64,000 nucleotides of DNA from an uncultured Nitrososphaerota archaeon (GCA_963806765.1 CAWDYS010000002.1:566318-630317); one strand, 5' to 3'; positions 10,027 to 21,165 are shown, numbered from the stretch's first letter. The notes: generated from the sequence alone by a model not told the origin. A program made the numbers and translations.

Positions 10027-12166
10027 GTGAAGTCGCCTGACTTCTTGCGCTTGAGCTTCTCGATAGCCTCTTCGAAGTCGTGCATGTTCACGGTGAGTCC
10101 GGCCGCCGCTTCGTCAGCCTCCTTCCCGTGGGCTTTCACGTACTGCTTGATCGAGCCCATCACCGCGGCGTTGGCCACCGAGGCCAGGTCCGCACCTGTG
10201 TAGCCCTCCGTCATGTCCGCGAGCTTGACCAGGTCGACGTCCTTGGCGAGCGGTTTCTTCCTCGTGTGTATCTTGAGGATCTGTATCCTGCCCTCCTTGT
10301 CCGGGGGCGGGACCTGAAGTATCCGGTCGAATCTCCCGGGCCGGAGCAGAGCCTCGTCTATGATGTCCGGCCTGTTCGTGGCCCCCAGCACGACGACCCC
10401 CTTGAGCTCCTCCAGGCCGTCCATCTCGGTCAGCAGCTGGCTCACGACCCTCTCCGTTACCTGGCTGTCGGTGTCGCCCGACTTCCTGCGGGGCGCGATG
10501 GCATCTATCTCGTCGAAGAATATCACGCACGGGGCGGCGGCGCGCGCCTTGCGGAACACCTCCCTCACCCCCTTCTCGGACTCGCCGACCCACTTCGAGA
10601 TGAGTTCGGGCCCCTTGATGCTGATGAAGTTCGCCTCGCTCTCGTTGGCCACGGCCTTGGCGATGAGGGTCTTTCCGGTGCCCGGCGGACCGTAGAGGAG
10701 AATCCCCGTCGGGGGCTTGACGTCTCCCCTCTCGAAGAGCTTGCTGTGCTTCAGCGGCCACTCGACGGCCTCGGTCAGCTCTTCCTTTACTCCGGTCAGG
10801 CCGCCGATGTCCTCCCACTTGACGTTCGGCACCTGGACCAGCACCTCTCTCATCGCAGAGGGTTGGACGTCCCTTAGGGCGTCCAGGAAGTCCTGCATCC
10901 TCACCTTGATCTTGTTGAGCGTCTTCGCGGGGACCTTGTTCTGTTCCATGTTTATCTCCGGGAGGACTCTTCTCACCGCGAGTATCGCGGCCTCCTTTGC
11001 GAGAGCCTGGAGGTCCGCCCCAACGAACCCATGCGTGATCCGCGCTACCTCCTCGAGCTTCACGTCCGGCTCGAGCGGCATCCCTCTCGTGTGAATGTGA
11101 AGGATTTCAAGGCGGCTCTTCTCGTCCGGGATTCCGATCTCTATCTCCCTGTCGAAGCGCCCCGGACGCCGCAGCGCCGGGTCCAGCGCATCCGGCCTGT
11201 TCGTGGCTCCGATGACGACTACCTTCCCGCGCGCCTCGAGCCCGTCCATCAGCGTGAGCAGCTGGGAGACTATCCTCTTCTCCATCTCCCCGGAGACCTC
11301 CTCCCTCTTCGGGGCGATCGAGTCGATCTCGTCGATGAAGATGATGCTGGGTGCGTTCTCCTGCGCCTCCTTGAAGATTCCCCTGAGCTTCTCCTCGCTC
11401 TCGCCGTAGAACTTGCTCATTATCTCCGGGCCTCCGATCGAGTAGAAGTTCGCAGCCGTCTCGTTGGCGACCGCCTTGGCTAGGAGCGTCTTCCCCGTCC
11501 CGGGAGGCCCGTAGAGCAGGACTCCTTTGGGGGCCTCGATCCCGACCCGTTCGAAGATCTCCGGGTGCCTGAGCGGGAGACTCTATCATCTCGCGAATCT
11601 TCTGGACTTCGTTGGTGAGCCCCCCGATGTCCTCGTAGGTTATCCTAGGTACGCCCGTGTTCGGGGGCTTCCTCACCGTACCGAGACGGAACTGGGTGTC
11701 CGCCGTGACCACCACCGCGCCCGCCGGCGTCGCGCTGTCCACGAGGAAGTCTATCTTGTTCCCCATTATGTTCAGGGGGAGCGAATCGCCCTTGGTAATC
11801 ACCCGGCCCTCGAGGAGCTCGGGGAGATACTCCTCCAGCCCTGTGATGTTCAGCGGCTCGGTCGGGGCGAGGACCACTTCCTCGGCCCTGTGGGCCTCCG
11901 TTTGCGCTATGCTCACCGAGTCGTCTAGGCCCACTCCAATGTTGTTCCTCGTGTACCCGTCTATCCTAATCAGCCCCAGCCCGTAGTCCTCCGGATATCC
12001 CGCCCATAGCAATGTGTACGCTCCTCTTCTTCTTGCCTGAAATCTCGATGACATCGCCGCTGGTCAGACCAAGCTGCTCCATCACCTTCGGGTCGATTAC
12101 CGCAATCCCGTGTCCGACCAGCCTCGAAGTCGTCTCTGCGACACGTAGAGTCACGCTCCTTTCCAT
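10023..12166 (-). CDS. cdc48: CDC48/VCP-type AAA+ ATPase (two AAA domains), two frameshifts (about 11575 and about 12020)
   Basis: N-domain ([20 protein letters not shown]...), D1 ([17 protein letters not shown] after the shift, [14 protein letters not shown]), D2 ([32 protein letters not shown]). At 11575 a single extra T disrupts [14 protein letters not shown]. Confidence 0.9.
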
Positions 12167-12313
12167 AGTTGGTAGCAGTCTCGAGCATCATAAAAACGTC
12201 TAGTGAAGGCGAATCCGGAGAGAGGGATGTCCTTTGCCGCTACCTTTACCGCCGGGAGCCTCGCTAGGTCGTGGTGACTCCCACCCGTCGCCCCGGAGGT
12301 TCCAAGACGAGCT

Positions 12314-12814
12314 TCAGCCCACTGGTTTCCGTTCTCGCTTCGGCCGGGTCAACCCCCCTCCCCGCACACCCTGAAGCGTCATGCACGTGCTGGTCGCATA
12401 GGCGACAAGCCTGCGTCTGTCGTCTGTCACCCGGCATTCGAGCAGACCCATCGTGCGGCCCTTCCTAATCACTTTCCCCCTCGCGACCAGATGGCCGCTC
12501 CAGAACGGACGAAGGAAGTTCACGGTGAGCGCGACAGTGGTCAGCGACTCATTGGAGTGGAGCAGGCTCGCATAGGACATTCCCATCGCGGCGTCTGCTA
12601 TGTCGCAGATGATCCCTCCGTGGAGCGTCCCCATCGGATTCTCGTGCTCGGGACCTGCTTCGAGCTCGACCTTGGCTCTGCCTTTCTGAATCTCCGTCAG
12701 GCGGAAGCCGACGAGGTGGGCAATGGGAGGCTTCCACCCCTGAGCCACGGCCTGCCTGATCGCTTCCAGCCCGGAAGACCCTGAGTAGACGCTTCGAGGC
12801 GCGCTCTTCTTCAT
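12314..12814 (-). CDS. PaaI-family hotdog-fold thioesterase
   Basis: NPMGTLHGGIICDIADAAMG motif typical of PaaI/YbdB thioesterases. Start set at ATG 12814. Confidence 0.8.
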   Translation of the reverse strand: MKKSAPRSVYSGSSGLEAIRQAVAQGWKPPIAHLVGFRLTEIQKGRAKVELEAGPEHENPMGTLHGGIICDIADAAMGMSYASLLHSNESLTTVALTVNFLRPFWSGHLVARGKVIRKGRTMGLLECRVTDDRRRLVAYATSTCMTLQGVRGGGLTRPKRERKPVG

Positions 12815-13022
12815 GATAGGTTGGGTCGGGGTCCGTGACGTTATTTGAACTGTTTCAAGGCGTCGTCGCTGAGGCACGTATCTTGCCAGCGCGTCGGATT
12901 CTTGCGGTCAAACCCAGGCAAGGACACCCAGCCGACCTGCTCGGGCGTCGGCAGGCCCATTCGGTCCGAGACGCGCATCGCAGACTGCGGCGACCATTCT
13001 GCTCGGCTCCCATCACGCATAA

Positions 13023-13472
13023 ATGCTTGACCCGCCCAACAGGGAGTCGTTGCCCGCCTGCCCCAACTGCAAAGCGTCGGTTACCTCTCCCGAGAGGGTC
13101 TACAAGGTCGTGGTAGAACCGGACCAGGGGGAGCGCGGGGTGGTCAAGAGGGACGTCGGGATGTACAGGTGCCCCCGCTGCGACACCACATTCCCGAGGG
13201 TTCTCGGCCGCGTCCACTATCTACTGGTGCCCGAGACTGAGTTCAACCGGCTGAAGAAGGAGGGGGAGGAGAACAGGACCAAGGCAGACGAGTTGGAGGT
13301 GGCCATGGAGGCCCTCAGGAAGGAGAAGGCCGAGCACGATGAGATGCTGACCAAGCAGCTTCGGGACAAGGTGATATCCAGCTTGGAGTCTGAACTCGGC
13401 CAGCTAGAGAAACACGTGAAGCACCTGCAGGCGGAGCGTGACCGCCTGAAGAACGAGATTGCGGTTTCCTAA
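13023..13472 (+). CDS. Zinc-ribbon (CPNC...CPRC) protein with C-terminal coiled coil
   Basis: Two CxxC pairs, followed by a heptad-rich E/K/L segment. No family assigned. Confidence 0.5.
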   Translation: MLDPPNRESLPACPNCKASVTSPERVYKVVVEPDQGERGVVKRDVGMYRCPRCDTTFPRVLGRVHYLLVPETEFNRLKKEGEENRTKADELEVAMEALRKEKAEHDEMLTKQLRDKVISSLESELGQLEKHVKHLQAERDRLKNEIAVS

Positions 13473-13480
13473 TCGAGCTG

Positions 13481-13714
13481 CTACTGGCTGCCTTCTATGG
13501 AGGAGATCTGTCCTTCGAGATCCGCCTTCTCCATCTTCAGCATTTCGACGGTGGCCTGAAGGGCCGCTCCCTTCTTCTCGAGGTCGAGCAGCGTACGTTT
13601 CTGCCTGAGTCCCTCCACTTCCTCCATCAGGGAGGACCTCTCGCTCTCGAGCCTCTCCAGCCTCTCCTCTAGCTCGCTCTTCTTCATTTGGAATTCGTGT
13701 TCGTCGGATACCAT
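13481..13714 (-). CDS. Small coiled-coil protein
   Basis: 77 aa, E/L/K-rich heptads, convergent with 13023..13472. Coding status plausible but unproven. Confidence 0.4.
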   Translation of the reverse strand: MVSDEHEFQMKKSELEERLERLESERSSLMEEVEGLRQKRTLLDLEKKGAALQATVEMLKMEKADLEGQISSIEGSQ

Positions 13715-13862
13715 TGTGGGCGCCGCATTGACAAGCGCGCAACGAGTTATTCAACGTTTGCCGCCTGCCCAACCTTCGGCGCGCCTCGAAGTGAGTCAGC
13801 CCCGGGAGCCGGCGGGGCCCGGTGGAGGAACACTGACCTAATCAGCAGCACTTTACTGCCAA

Positions 13863-13870
13863 GTATAAAT
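13863..13870 (+). promoter_or_regulatory. TATA-box-like element
   Basis: GTATAAAT 25-32 nt upstream of ATG 13895 suggests a near-leaderless transcript. Confidence 0.45.
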
Positions 13871-13894
13871 CGCAAGAGCTTCACGAGCACCGAC

Positions 13895-14965
13895 ATGACA
13901 GTTCAGTCCCTCGATGGTCTTGTCCAGGGCCTTCACCACATCACCCTGGTCACCTCCAACCAAGAGGTGAACCGGAGGTTCTACACAGAGGTCCTGGGCC
14001 TCCGCAGGGTCAAGCTCTCGGTCAATCAGGACGACATCTTCCACAGGCACCTCTTCTACGCCGACGAGAAGGCCACAACGGGAAGCGCGATAACCTTCTT
14101 CGAGTGGCCCGACCTCCCACAGGGCACCACTGGGCTCGGTTCTCCCCACCACCTCTCCTACAAGGTCCCCCGCTTGGACGCCCTCCCTGCTTGGGTCTCT
14201 TGGCTCCGGGCAGCCGGGGTGCACGTGGTGGGCCCGCTTCCGAGGGACGGACGGGTCTCCATCTACCTGAAGGACCCGGACGGCGTCAGCCTGGAGCTCA
14301 CGGCGGCCAACGACGAGAATCTCTCGACCAGCGACGTCACCGAGCTCGGTAGAGACCTCCCGTCCGTCGGTTCCCTCTCCAGTGAAATGAGGCTAACCAC
14401 CTTCGACCACGCGAGCCCGATAACGTCCAACCCGAAGCTCACCGCGAGCTTCTTCGAGAAGTTCGTGGGCCTGAAGAATCGGTTCTCCCTCCCCGACCCC
14501 GACGAGAGGGGCACGACGATCATGGCGGTCGGGAACGACGCGAGACCGGACTTCATCCGCTACCTCGCGTCAGAGAGGGCCAGCCGTGGCAACGTCGGCA
14601 TCGGAAGCATCCACCACGTAGCGATGGCCGTGGAGGACGACCGTGACCAGCTGAAGATCATGCGGCACCTCGACGACGTGGGAATCCAGAACTCTGGGGT
14701 AATCGACCGCTTCTGGTTCCACTCGCTCTACTTCCGTGATCCTGACGGGAACCTCCTTGAGGTGGCGACGAAGGGACCGGGATACGCCGTCGACGAGAGG
14801 CCGGATGCGCTCGGATCGCGCTTGGTGCTCCCGATGTGGGTCGAGCCGAGAAGGAGAGAGATAGAGGCCTTCCTCCAGAAAATCGACGAGACGAACCCCG
14901 TGGATTGGCCGCCCAGATACCCTGCCACCCCCGAAATGCCGGAAGCCTTAACGCAAACGAGCTGA
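13895..14965 (+). CDS. Two-domain VOC/glyoxalase-family ring-cleaving dioxygenase-like protein
   Basis: Repeated VOC modules (GLHHITLVTSN...FYTEVLGL...; SIHHVAMAVED...YFRDPDGNLLEV). Start moved to ATG 13895 behind the TATA element. Confidence 0.8.
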   Translation: MTVQSLDGLVQGLHHITLVTSNQEVNRRFYTEVLGLRRVKLSVNQDDIFHRHLFYADEKATTGSAITFFEWPDLPQGTTGLGSPHHLSYKVPRLDALPAWVSWLRAAGVHVVGPLPRDGRVSIYLKDPDGVSLELTAANDENLSTSDVTELGRDLPSVGSLSSEMRLTTFDHASPITSNPKLTASFFEKFVGLKNRFSLPDPDERGTTIMAVGNDARPDFIRYLASERASRGNVGIGSIHHVAMAVEDDRDQLKIMRHLDDVGIQNSGVIDRFWFHSLYFRDPDGNLLEVATKGPGYAVDERPDALGSRLVLPMWVEPRRREIEAFLQKIDETNPVDWPPRYPATPEMPEALTQTS

Positions 14966-14980
14966 GCGGGAAGAGACGGG

Positions 14981-15628
14981 TTGTCAAGCCCTGATCCCGG
15001 CACGCCGAGTTTCGTCCACCGGTACGTGCCGTCCGAGAGCGGCAGTCCGGTCACGCTTCTTCTTCTTCACGGGACGGGTGGAACCGAGAACGACCTGCTG
15101 GGACTCGGGAGTCAGCTCCTTCCGGGAGCCGCTCTCCTCAGCCCGCGGGGGAAAGTCCTGGAAAACGGGATGCCCAGGTTCTTCCGGCGATTCGCCGAGG
15201 GTGTCTTCGACATCAACGACCTGGTAGCCCGGACCGAGGAACTGGCCCGGTTCGTCGAGAGGGCCTCGACCAAGCAGGGCTTCGGCAAGCATGTGATAGC
15301 GGTGGGCTACTCGAACGGAGCGAACATGGCTGCGAGCCTCCTCCTCCTTCGCCCGGGCCTGCTCGCCGGGGCCGTGCTCTTGCGGCCGATGCTACCGTTC
15401 ACGATGCAGGTCGTCCCTGACCTCTCGAATGTCCGCATCCTAATCGAGTCGGGGACTGGGGACATCATCGTCCCCAAGGACCAGCCCGAGGCGCTGGCGG
15501 AGACATTCCGCCGCGGCAAGGCCGAGGTCAGCCTCCGGTGGCACGAGGCCGGGCACCAGCTCACTGAGGCTGACATCGAGTCGGCGCAGCAGTGGCTGTC
15601 CCACCTCTCCGGGTCACTCTCAAAGTGA
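14981..15628 (+). CDS. Phospholipase/carboxylesterase-family alpha/beta hydrolase
   Basis: LLLLHGTGGTENDL, nucleophile elbow GYSNGANM, C-terminal ...HEAGHQL. Confidence 0.8.
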   Translation: MSSPDPGTPSFVHRYVPSESGSPVTLLLLHGTGGTENDLLGLGSQLLPGAALLSPRGKVLENGMPRFFRRFAEGVFDINDLVARTEELARFVERASTKQGFGKHVIAVGYSNGANMAASLLLLRPGLLAGAVLLRPMLPFTMQVVPDLSNVRILIESGTGDIIVPKDQPEALAETFRRGKAEVSLRWHEAGHQLTEADIESAQQWLSHLSGSLSK

Positions 15629-15696
15629 GCGCCTCCTGATCAGGGGAGTTGGCAGGCCGTGTTCAGGGAGGAAGAAGTCCGCGACAATTGAAAGAG

Positions 15697-16295
15697 TCAG
15701 ATCCCCGAGAGCCGTTCCTTCACGAGCCGACCGAACAGGCGCTTGTCATAGCGATACTCCCTGTCGGTGTCGAGCTCTTGGTACAGCTCCTCCAGGGTAG
15801 CCCTTTTGGAGAGCACCGCCGAAGTCCAGCGCGAGACGTCCCTCGTCTTCTTGAAGGGAAGTCTCATGAGATAGAACGGATAGTCCACGGCATGGGGCAG
15901 AACCCCGACGAACGGGAGGAAGAGGGTGACGAACCTGCTCCCTGCTCGGAGCTCCTCCTCGAAGTGGGGAACGTCCTCTTCGGTCTCGTTGTGGCCGCAG
16001 TAGAGCTATGGTCGCCTCGCCGAGGTCCGACTCCATGTAGTCCTCGTTCCATATCTCAATCCGGTCGGACAGGCCGAGCTCCTGTACGTACCGTGCCGCC
16101 TTGGCCGCGCGACCCCTGTGCAGTTCGATCCCCACCGCCTTCCTCACTCCGAACTCCTTCACCGCGACCACGCAGAGCTTGCCCATCCCGCAGCCCAGGT
16201 CGAAGAAGACGTCGTGCCCGGTCGCCTGCGCCAGGCGCATTCAGCTTCCGGATGTGCCTGTTGCTCTGGTAGTCCTCAGGTCCCAGCCTGTTCAT
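15697..16295 (-). CDS. Class I SAM-dependent methyltransferase, frame broken (about 15890-16020 and possibly about 16240)
   Basis: Motif I VFFDLGCGMGK. The remainder is recovered in ORF 15697..15888 (FVTLFLPFVG... by hand). The N-terminal extension to 16295 is tentative. Confidence 0.6.
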
Positions 16296-16355
16296 GGCGC
16301 AAGGTGCCCGACTGCCCCAACTCCCATGTGGCTCGTTGAGTCAGGGGCTGTCTGG

Positions 16356-16365
16356 TATATATAAA
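16356..16365 (+). promoter_or_regulatory. TATA-box-like element
   Basis: TATATATAAA 34-43 nt upstream of ATG 16399. Confidence 0.4.
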
Positions 16366-16398
16366 CGGGAAACCCGCGCTCGGGCCGAACTGCCCTCG

Positions 16399-17016
16399 AT
16401 GATCGCCAGCCAACCGGAACGCGGGACCACGGCCAGGAGGTTTCTCAAGAAGAGCAACATCACATGGGTCGTCGCTGTCGTCCTCGTCGCACTGCTCGCG
16501 GTCTACGCCTTCGGGGGGCTTGGCTCATCCTCCACCCCCTCGAACACACAGACGACCAGCACCACCTACAACATAGCCGCGTCCTCGGTCATCCTGGCAG
16601 CGGCGCAGCAGTATCCGGCGGGCTACAACACCACTTCCGCCGGGTTGCTGCACAGCACCTATCCCGGGGAGCGGAGCGCGGCTGACGCAATCCTCTCCAC
16701 GGGTCAGTCCGCCGCCAACATGACCGTCCTAGTCTTCGACACAGTCAACTCCAGTCAGTCTTACTACCGTGTCTTCACTTCGAACGTGAAGGGACTCGTG
16801 GGCTACACGGACATCTCCAGCGTGCTCAGCGGCTATGAGCAGTACGGGAGTTGCTACGCCTACGGGGAAGATGTCGACGGAATCGCGGTCGCAAACGGGA
16901 TTTGCACCGACGGAAACGTCTTCCTGCAGGCCCACCTCTCGTCCAGCGAGTCGTTTTCGCAGCTGGAGGGGGACCTCTCGAGCCTAATGGGCGCCATGTA
17001 TCAGAGCGTGAGCTGA
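16399..17016 (+). CDS. N-terminally membrane-anchored extracellular protein, unknown function
   Basis: Basic N-terminus, one hydrophobic helix (WVVAVVLVALLAVYAFGG), an S/T-rich linker, then a globular part with N-x-S/T sequons. Confidence 0.5.
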   Translation: MIASQPERGTTARRFLKKSNITWVVAVVLVALLAVYAFGGLGSSSTPSNTQTTSTTYNIAASSVILAAAQQYPAGYNTTSAGLLHSTYPGERSAADAILSTGQSAANMTVLVFDTVNSSQSYYRVFTSNVKGLVGYTDISSVLSGYEQYGSCYAYGEDVDGIAVANGICTDGNVFLQAHLSSSESFSQLEGDLSSLMGAMYQSVS

Positions 17017-17215
17017 GGCCGAGTTGGATGTGTCTGTCGGACGTCCCTCGTAGTTGCACGTCTGCAGCACGCACGGGTGGGGGCACTTTCCCCTCCGTGT
17101 GGGAACGCCGACCGGCTGCAAGACGAACCTTCGCGGGCGCTTGATTGCAGTTGGTTTGATTTGAGACCGCCTCGTTAACTACAGCCTGCCGGGGTCAAGG
17201 CCAGTCGAAGTCACG

Positions 17216-18049
17216 TTGAAGATAGGGTCTGCGCTCCCCCGCCTACTTGAGAGAAGGTATCCCACAGTCAAACCGACCTACCCCCTGCTCACAGTGCTCT
17301 ACCTGCTCAGGATACAGGACATCATGGCCGTGCCAATCACCGACAACGGCAACAACAGGCGAGCGGTCTTTGGATTCTCGATTCTGCCCAAGCTCGTGAC
17401 CCTGACGGGAAAGAACTTCGACCAATACCTCGCAGGACCATGCGAACAGGGGTCAGACGAGCTGGATTCGTTCGGCATGGATGACGATGTCGAGAAGCTC
17501 CTCGAATCCTTCAAGAAGACGAAGCTCGGCGTCGCCCTGGTCAACGGCAGGGTCAAGGGAGAGACGCGAACCAGCTTCGTCGGTCTGGTGGATTTGCTGA
17601 GACTCTACAAGACAAAGCAGATGGAGTCTGATATGGTGGTCGAGGGAGTCGCGAGCCCGCTTCTCTCCATGCCGGGAAGGTCGTCTGTCCGTGAGGCCAT
17701 CAAGACCATGTTCAAGCTCAGACAGAGAAGGGTCTTCATATCCGGCGAGCGGATGTTCGTCTCCGACCGAAGCATGGTCGACCGATTCCTGAGTCCCGCT
17801 TCCCTCGTCCGTGTTCCCGGAGAGAAAGAGGGCCTAGCCCTTGATGCCAGGATTGACACACTGAAGAAGACTGTACCGATCGAGGTCGCGGCGCGGACGA
17901 GTCTGCACGCGGCCGCCCTTCAACTCAGGCGCGAGTGGGGTCCCTGCCTGACGATCCAGGACAGGGACGACTTGGTGACACCGTGGGACGTGATCATGAA
18001 ACCATGGGAGTCTGGAAGACTGACGATGCGCGCGCGGGCCCCCGCCTAG
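17216..18049 (+). CDS. Hypothetical protein, weak CBS-pair-like character
   Basis: 277-aa ORF with coding-like composition. Segments such as IQDIMAVPITD... and VREAIKTMFKLRQRRVFIS resemble CBS motifs only loosely. Confidence 0.45.
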   Translation: MKIGSALPRLLERRYPTVKPTYPLLTVLYLLRIQDIMAVPITDNGNNRRAVFGFSILPKLVTLTGKNFDQYLAGPCEQGSDELDSFGMDDDVEKLLESFKKTKLGVALVNGRVKGETRTSFVGLVDLLRLYKTKQMESDMVVEGVASPLLSMPGRSSVREAIKTMFKLRQRRVFISGERMFVSDRSMVDRFLSPASLVRVPGEKEGLALDARIDTLKKTVPIEVAARTSLHAAALQLRREWGPCLTIQDRDDLVTPWDVIMKPWESGRLTMRARAPA

Positions 18050-18230
18050 CGAAGGTCCTCCGATGACCACCGACTGAATCCAGGAAACCCGAACCCAATT
18101 ACCCCGCTTCCTTCGCCCCGGGTTGTTCCAAGCCGACACCCACAGGACGGGGCGAAACCTGCTGCGCCTATTGATTAATAACAAGTGACTTGACTCGCCA
18201 TGTCGTCGGATTACATGGGAACCGTGCACC

Positions 18231-19472
18231 ATGAGTGAACGGCTGGGCTATCTCGGACTGATTCGCGATCGCACCTTCGGTTCGCTTTGGGTCGCGCAGC
18301 TCGTATCGCAGTCCGGGGACGCGATATTCGACGTCGCCCTCCTGTGGCTCGTCCTCGTGACCACCGGCTCGACGGTGCTGGTAGGGTTCACCCAGGCGGT
18401 GGTTCTGCTGCCGCAGGTCCTCGCCGGACCGATTGCGGGGGTGTACGCAGACAGGCAGAACAGGAGGAACATCATGATCGCCAGCAACCTGATCCAGGGG
18501 ACGGTGACCGCCGTGATCTCCCTGCTCTATGTGGAGAGCGCGCTCGCATTTCCATACCTCATCTTTCTGGTCTTGCTGCTCTTCACCGCCGCCCAGTTCT
18601 TCCGCGCCTCGGCAAACGCAATCCTGCCCAGGATTGTCGGCAGGGGCAACCTTGGGGCCGCCAACGGCCTCCTCTCTGTGACGGCCTCCGCCAACCAGCT
18701 CGTGGGCTACGCGCTAGGCGGTGTGGTCCTCTTCACTATTGGCGCGGCCGGGTCGATAACCTACGACAGTCTCACCTTCTTCTTCGCCGCAGCGACGTTG
18801 ACTCTTGTGGCGACGTCCTACGGCCAGGTGAGGGATGGTGCCCCCGCGCCCGACAACGAACCCAAGGAGAGATTCTGGAAGAGCTTCAGGGAGAGGCTGG
18901 GTTATGTGAGGCACAACCGTCTCTTCCTCGAGTTGGTCATCTTCGGGCTCATCGCCAACTTCTTCTCGGGCGGGGTCACCGCTATAACTGCGCCATACAT
19001 CAGGACACAACTCCACGGCGACGCGCTCACCTACGGCCTGGCGCTCGCGTCGGTGTCCTTGGGTGCCATAGTCGGCTCAGCCGTCGTCGGGAAGCTTGAC
19101 TTCAGGGCGTATGCGGGGAAACTGCTGATGGTCGGCGTGGTGCTGTTCGCGCTTCTGATCGCACTCCTCGGGGTCGTCACTTCAACCCCTGAGGCGTTCT
19201 CAATCTTCTTCGTGATCGGCGTTCTTCTGGGCGCGGTCAACCTGCCAATCGGCGTGTTGGTGCAGACCAAGGTGCCCAACGAGATACTGGGGCGAGCGTC
19301 GACGGTCATGGGGTCTCTTCTCGGCGCCGCGCAACCCGTCGCCGCGCTCAGCTTCGGATGGCTCGCCGGGATGGTATCGCTCGGCTCGATCTTCTTGGGA
19401 GCGGGGATAGCGATGTTCGCGATTTCCATCGCGCTATACTTCCCGTTCTCCGAGCTGAGGAAAGCGAGCTGA
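18231..19472 (+). CDS. MFS transporter (EntS/DUF894-like)
   Basis: 413 aa with about 12 helices and an ADRQNRRNIM loop motif between TM2 and TM3. Confidence 0.85.
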   Translation: MSERLGYLGLIRDRTFGSLWVAQLVSQSGDAIFDVALLWLVLVTTGSTVLVGFTQAVVLLPQVLAGPIAGVYADRQNRRNIMIASNLIQGTVTAVISLLYVESALAFPYLIFLVLLLFTAAQFFRASANAILPRIVGRGNLGAANGLLSVTASANQLVGYALGGVVLFTIGAAGSITYDSLTFFFAAATLTLVATSYGQVRDGAPAPDNEPKERFWKSFRERLGYVRHNRLFLELVIFGLIANFFSGGVTAITAPYIRTQLHGDALTYGLALASVSLGAIVGSAVVGKLDFRAYAGKLLMVGVVLFALLIALLGVVTSTPEAFSIFFVIGVLLGAVNLPIGVLVQTKVPNEILGRASTVMGSLLGAAQPVAALSFGWLAGMVSLGSIFLGAGIAMFAISIALYFPFSELRKAS

Positions 19473-19547
19473 CTCGACGGGGACCCATCTCTCCCTGACG
19501 GGCGGGATTGCGGATGGTCGTGACGTCGACCCGGTCGGGGAGCTGAA

Positions 19548-19994
19548 TCAGGAAGTACCGTGTTGGACAGCCGCAGGCGCGCCGCCAGTTCCTTCATCAC
19601 GTTGACCGCGATGTCCGGGTTTGACTTGATCATTCCGATGAACGACCAGGCCGTTATCACGAGACACTTCGTGTCCGTCACGGCCTCCACGGTGGCCGAC
19701 CTCGGTTGCTCGTCGAACAACGACATCTCCCCGAAGAAGTCGCCGCTCTTCAGCTCGGCTAGCGTCTTCTTGTCCTTCCGGACCCGTACCTTGCCATCGA
19801 GTATCAGGAAGAACCCGACCCCCATGGCTCCTTCTTCGACGATCTTCTGGCCTGGTGCGAAGGAGAGGCCCTTTCCTCCGGCCGCTACGGTCTTCAGCTG
19901 CTTCCCGTTAAGCGCCGAAAAGAGTGGGACACTTCCGCAGCATGGCAACCTGCGCTTCCTGCGAATCTTTCGTCAAACGCGTGCTTCGGCCCAT
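19548..19994 (-). CDS. Cyclic-nucleotide-binding domain protein, both ends uncertain (frameshifts)
   Basis: VPLFSAL...GFFLILDGKVRV...GDFFGEMSLFDEQPRSATVEA is a canonical cNMP-binding fold. The probable N-terminus MGRSTRLTKDSQEAQVAMLRK is in another frame from ATG 19994. The track ORF continues 440 nt antisense into the MFS gene, which I treat as an artifact. Confidence 0.6.
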
Positions 19995-20158
19995 CCTGCG
20001 AATTTAATCCTTTCGCAGAAAGGTTCTTTCAGAGTCTGTTTCATGGATAGCTTATGGCTCCGCGACGACCCTTCGTCGTCCATCAGCCCTGCGGGAGCCC
20101 CAGCGTCCCCACTTGGTGGGTAGACTCTACCTCAAGGTGGCCGGGCTCATTAGAACGA

Positions 20159-20414
20159 CGTCCATCCTCTCCACCCTCCCCTGAATCCCCAGACCACCCA
20201 CACCAATCCAATCACAAGACCGACGATGAGCAGCGAGGCCACCGTCACTACGAGGTTCTGGAAGAGGCTGTAGCCCTTCGACCAGTACGAACGCGTAGAG
20301 CAGGATGAAGACGAGCCACCCAATGACCCCGACTATTGAAACGACTATTGGTACGAGTGGACCTTTGAAACTCCCTGAAGCCTGAATCTGCCGAACCAAT
20401 CCTGAACCTGTCAT
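20159..20414 (-). CDS. Small two-helix membrane protein, one frameshift near 20290
   Basis: Hand translation: MTGSGLVRQIQASGSFKGPLVPIVVSIVGVIGWLVFILLYAF, then after a shift YWSKGYSLFQNLVVTVASLLIVGLVIGLVWVVWGF... Confidence 0.3.
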
Positions 20415-20632
20415 GAATGGTCGTCCTGCCCGAGGAATATTAATGCAACGGCCGTTCTTCCTTGGGTATCTGCCCACCTAGCGCGATGGCGGTTACATAA
20501 ATTCCGAGATTACACCTCGGGATGTACACAGTAACTCTGGCGGCCGTCTTGGTGTCTCATGCGATGGACTGATGGTGCAGCTTCGGAGGATCCAGAAGAC
20601 CTACTCAGAAGCATGGCGCACTAGATGTTACA

Positions 20633-21082
20633 TCAATCACTGAACGGCCTGTGATCCTTCTCTAGCGCGGCAATGTACTTATCCCAAATTTTGCTGCTCT
20701 GCTCAATCTGCTCGTCTGCCGATGGAAAGTCGGCGACCTTCCATTCTTCTTTGAAGAGTATATCCAGCCTTGTCTTGCCGCGCCCCAGACTCCTGAGCTT
20801 GTATTCCCCCTCCTCGTCAAAATCCTCCCCGTAAAAGTCGAGGTGCCAGGAGTTGGGAGGCGTCAGGGTTACTATGTCTACCACGACCTTCTGCTTACCA
20901 TCTGCTCCATCATAAATCTCAACGTAGACCACTCTTTTCTTTGTCTTGTCGAGTATCTTCCTCCGTCTCTTCGAGCCGATTATGTGCGGGTCGTCATCTC
21001 GATAGTCGGTACACCAATCATATACGTAACGCAGGGGTGCGTTGATGGTTTTGGAGACGCGGACATCGACAGACTTCTTCAA
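20633..21082 (-). CDS. SRPBCC (START/Bet v1-like) superfamily protein
   Basis: 149 aa; VRVSKTINAPLRYVYDWCTDY... is typical of polyketide-cyclase/SRPBCC folds. Lies in a visibly lower-GC patch. Confidence 0.7.
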   Translation of the reverse strand: MKKSVDVRVSKTINAPLRYVYDWCTDYRDDDPHIIGSKRRRKILDKTKKRVVYVEIYDGADGKQKVVVDIVTLTPPNSWHLDFYGEDFDEEGEYKLRSLGRGKTRLDILFKEEWKVADFPSADEQIEQSSKIWDKYIAALEKDHRPFSD

Positions 21083-21165
21083 GAACTTTCTTCCGGGAAT
21101 AGTTCGATATTAAAGGGTAGACCGGTTGGAGATTCGCTCGGAAGGCACCCGCCACCAAGCTTCCT

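Noticed and set aside
12835-13217. Overlapping small ORFs (93, 61 and 120 aa) between the thioesterase and the zinc-ribbon gene
   Set aside because: R/P/A-rich and mutually overlapping on both strands, with no motifs. Most likely non-coding intergenic sequence plus the 5' region of 13023..13472.
19031-19547. 3' extension of the cNMP-binding ORF, 440 nt antisense into the MFS transporter gene
   Set aside because: The cNMP-binding fold is complete by about 19560. The extension is low-complexity and fully overlaps a convincing MFS gene, so a lost stop through a frameshift is more likely.
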